Of a stretch of 64,000 bases of DNA, positions 63,410-64,000 are shown piece after piece. The notes under the pieces were generated by a model. That model did not search any database. It was not told the origin of the DNA and worked only from the letters and a program-made list of their open reading frames with translations. The translations under genes and the position numbers were made by a program. Source of the stretch: Patescibacteria group bacterium. Its GTDB lineage: Bacteria > Patescibacteriota > Patescibacteriia > GWA2-46-9. The stretch covers positions 1,731-65,730 of the forward strand of contig JBAYUF010000002.1 of the NCBI GenBank assembly GCA_041675205.1. Reading direction: 5' to 3'. Numbering within the stretch: position 1 is the first letter of the stretch; each line of letters opens with the position of its first letter.

Positions 63410-63577
63410 CCCGACAGCAAAATAAAGGAGGTCAGAAGAAACTAAGGAGGGAAAACGGCGTAGCTTAACAGCAGCGCCGTTTTTCCATATTTAAACATTG
63501 CCAGGTGAATCTTCCGGTGTTAAGGTCTCTCGGCTAAAGTTTTGGATTGTCGTTTCACAACCAGTTGAGGGATAGCA

Positions 63578-64000
63578 ATGAATCACATTCAAACTGTATA
63601 CAAGATGCGCCTCGGGATCGATCCTGTTGCCGCTAGTTTGCTACGGAGACTGCAAGGTCTCAATTACTCGGTAATTTCGCTCGCCATCGAGTCGGTAATG
63701 AGGGTTGAGGGCGTCGGCGACGTCCACGCTCTTCTTCCGTTTTTTACTCACCCAATGGTTGAAGTGCCAAGCGTTGCTACGTCTTTGACGAGCACGACGG
63801 CACAAGTGAGAGAGGTGGCGTATAGGCGAGCCATGACCGACCCGGAGTTGGCGTCGCTTCGGCGCACAGCACAGGCGCTTGGTCTGCCTGAGTTTACATG
63901 GGCACGCTGGGCAACAAGATACGCCTTCGAAGGTGTATCGCACGGAGTTGCCGATGAGATCGTCAAGCGGTACTGCATGAACAGTCAGACGCAAGAGATT
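63578..64000 (+). CDS. hypothetical protein, 5' part (continues past window end), GC-rich
   Basis: ATG at 63578 after GAGGGA. The frame is open for 141 codons to the window edge. It is not in the ORF track (no stop). The competing antisense ORF 63641..63994 is less convincing. Confidence 0.3.
   Translation, partial: MNHIQTVYKMRLGIDPVAASLLRRLQGLNYSVISLAIESVMRVEGVGDVHALLPFFTHPMVEVPSVATSLTSTTAQVREVAYRRAMTDPELASLRRTAQALGLPEFTWARWATRYAFEGVSHGVADEIVKRYCMNSQTQEI

Overview
This is a low-GC (roughly mid-40s % by eye) bacterial chromosomal segment spanning the replication-origin neighbourhood: dnaA-dnaN with DnaA-box-rich intergenic regions, and the rpmH-rnpA-yidD-yidC cluster. Housekeeping genes include nusA (fragment), rnhB, trxA, ftsH, rpsA, a PBP1A, tsaD/tsaE, pilB-type ATPase, ddl, mgtE, an hsp20 and several ABC transporters. 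There are five tRNA genes (Ala-GGC, Ser-CGA, Glu-TTC, Arg-CCT, Ala-CGC), no rRNA and no CRISPR array. Several visibly GC-rich, foreign-looking islets are embedded in this backbone: 5.7-6.2 kb, 8.8-10.3 kb (adenylosuccinate-lyase family), 18.5-21.4 kb, 22.6-23.0 kb, 24.1-24.6 kb, 38.5-39.0 kb and 62.3-64 kb (PurN-like plus a PurD C-terminal remnant). The main feature is a ~15 kb accessory island at ~23.0-38.4 kb. It ends at a tRNA-Glu gene whose 3' end is overlapped by a 508-aa large serine recombinase. Internally it is partitioned by three families of direct repeats (A x3, B x2, C x2) and short TAGCCC junctions that resemble the 3' end of that tRNA-Glu. I interpret this as serial site-specific integrations at one tRNA. 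The module nearest the tRNA carries a tightly packed four-gene candidate defence cassette (P-loop ATPase, Abi_C-like protein, unknown protein, trypsin-like protease). It also carries a three-copy iteron array in front of a 393-aa unknown, replication-initiator-like gene. Other items worth a second look are a tRNA-Ser followed by tandem degenerate tRNA-end repeats, a candidate ~160-nt sRNA with its own promoter and terminator, and a 20-bp perfect palindrome (TGTGTTCCACGTGGAACACA) upstream of an ABC exporter. Its core (GTTCCACGTG) recurs upstream of an amino-acid permease.
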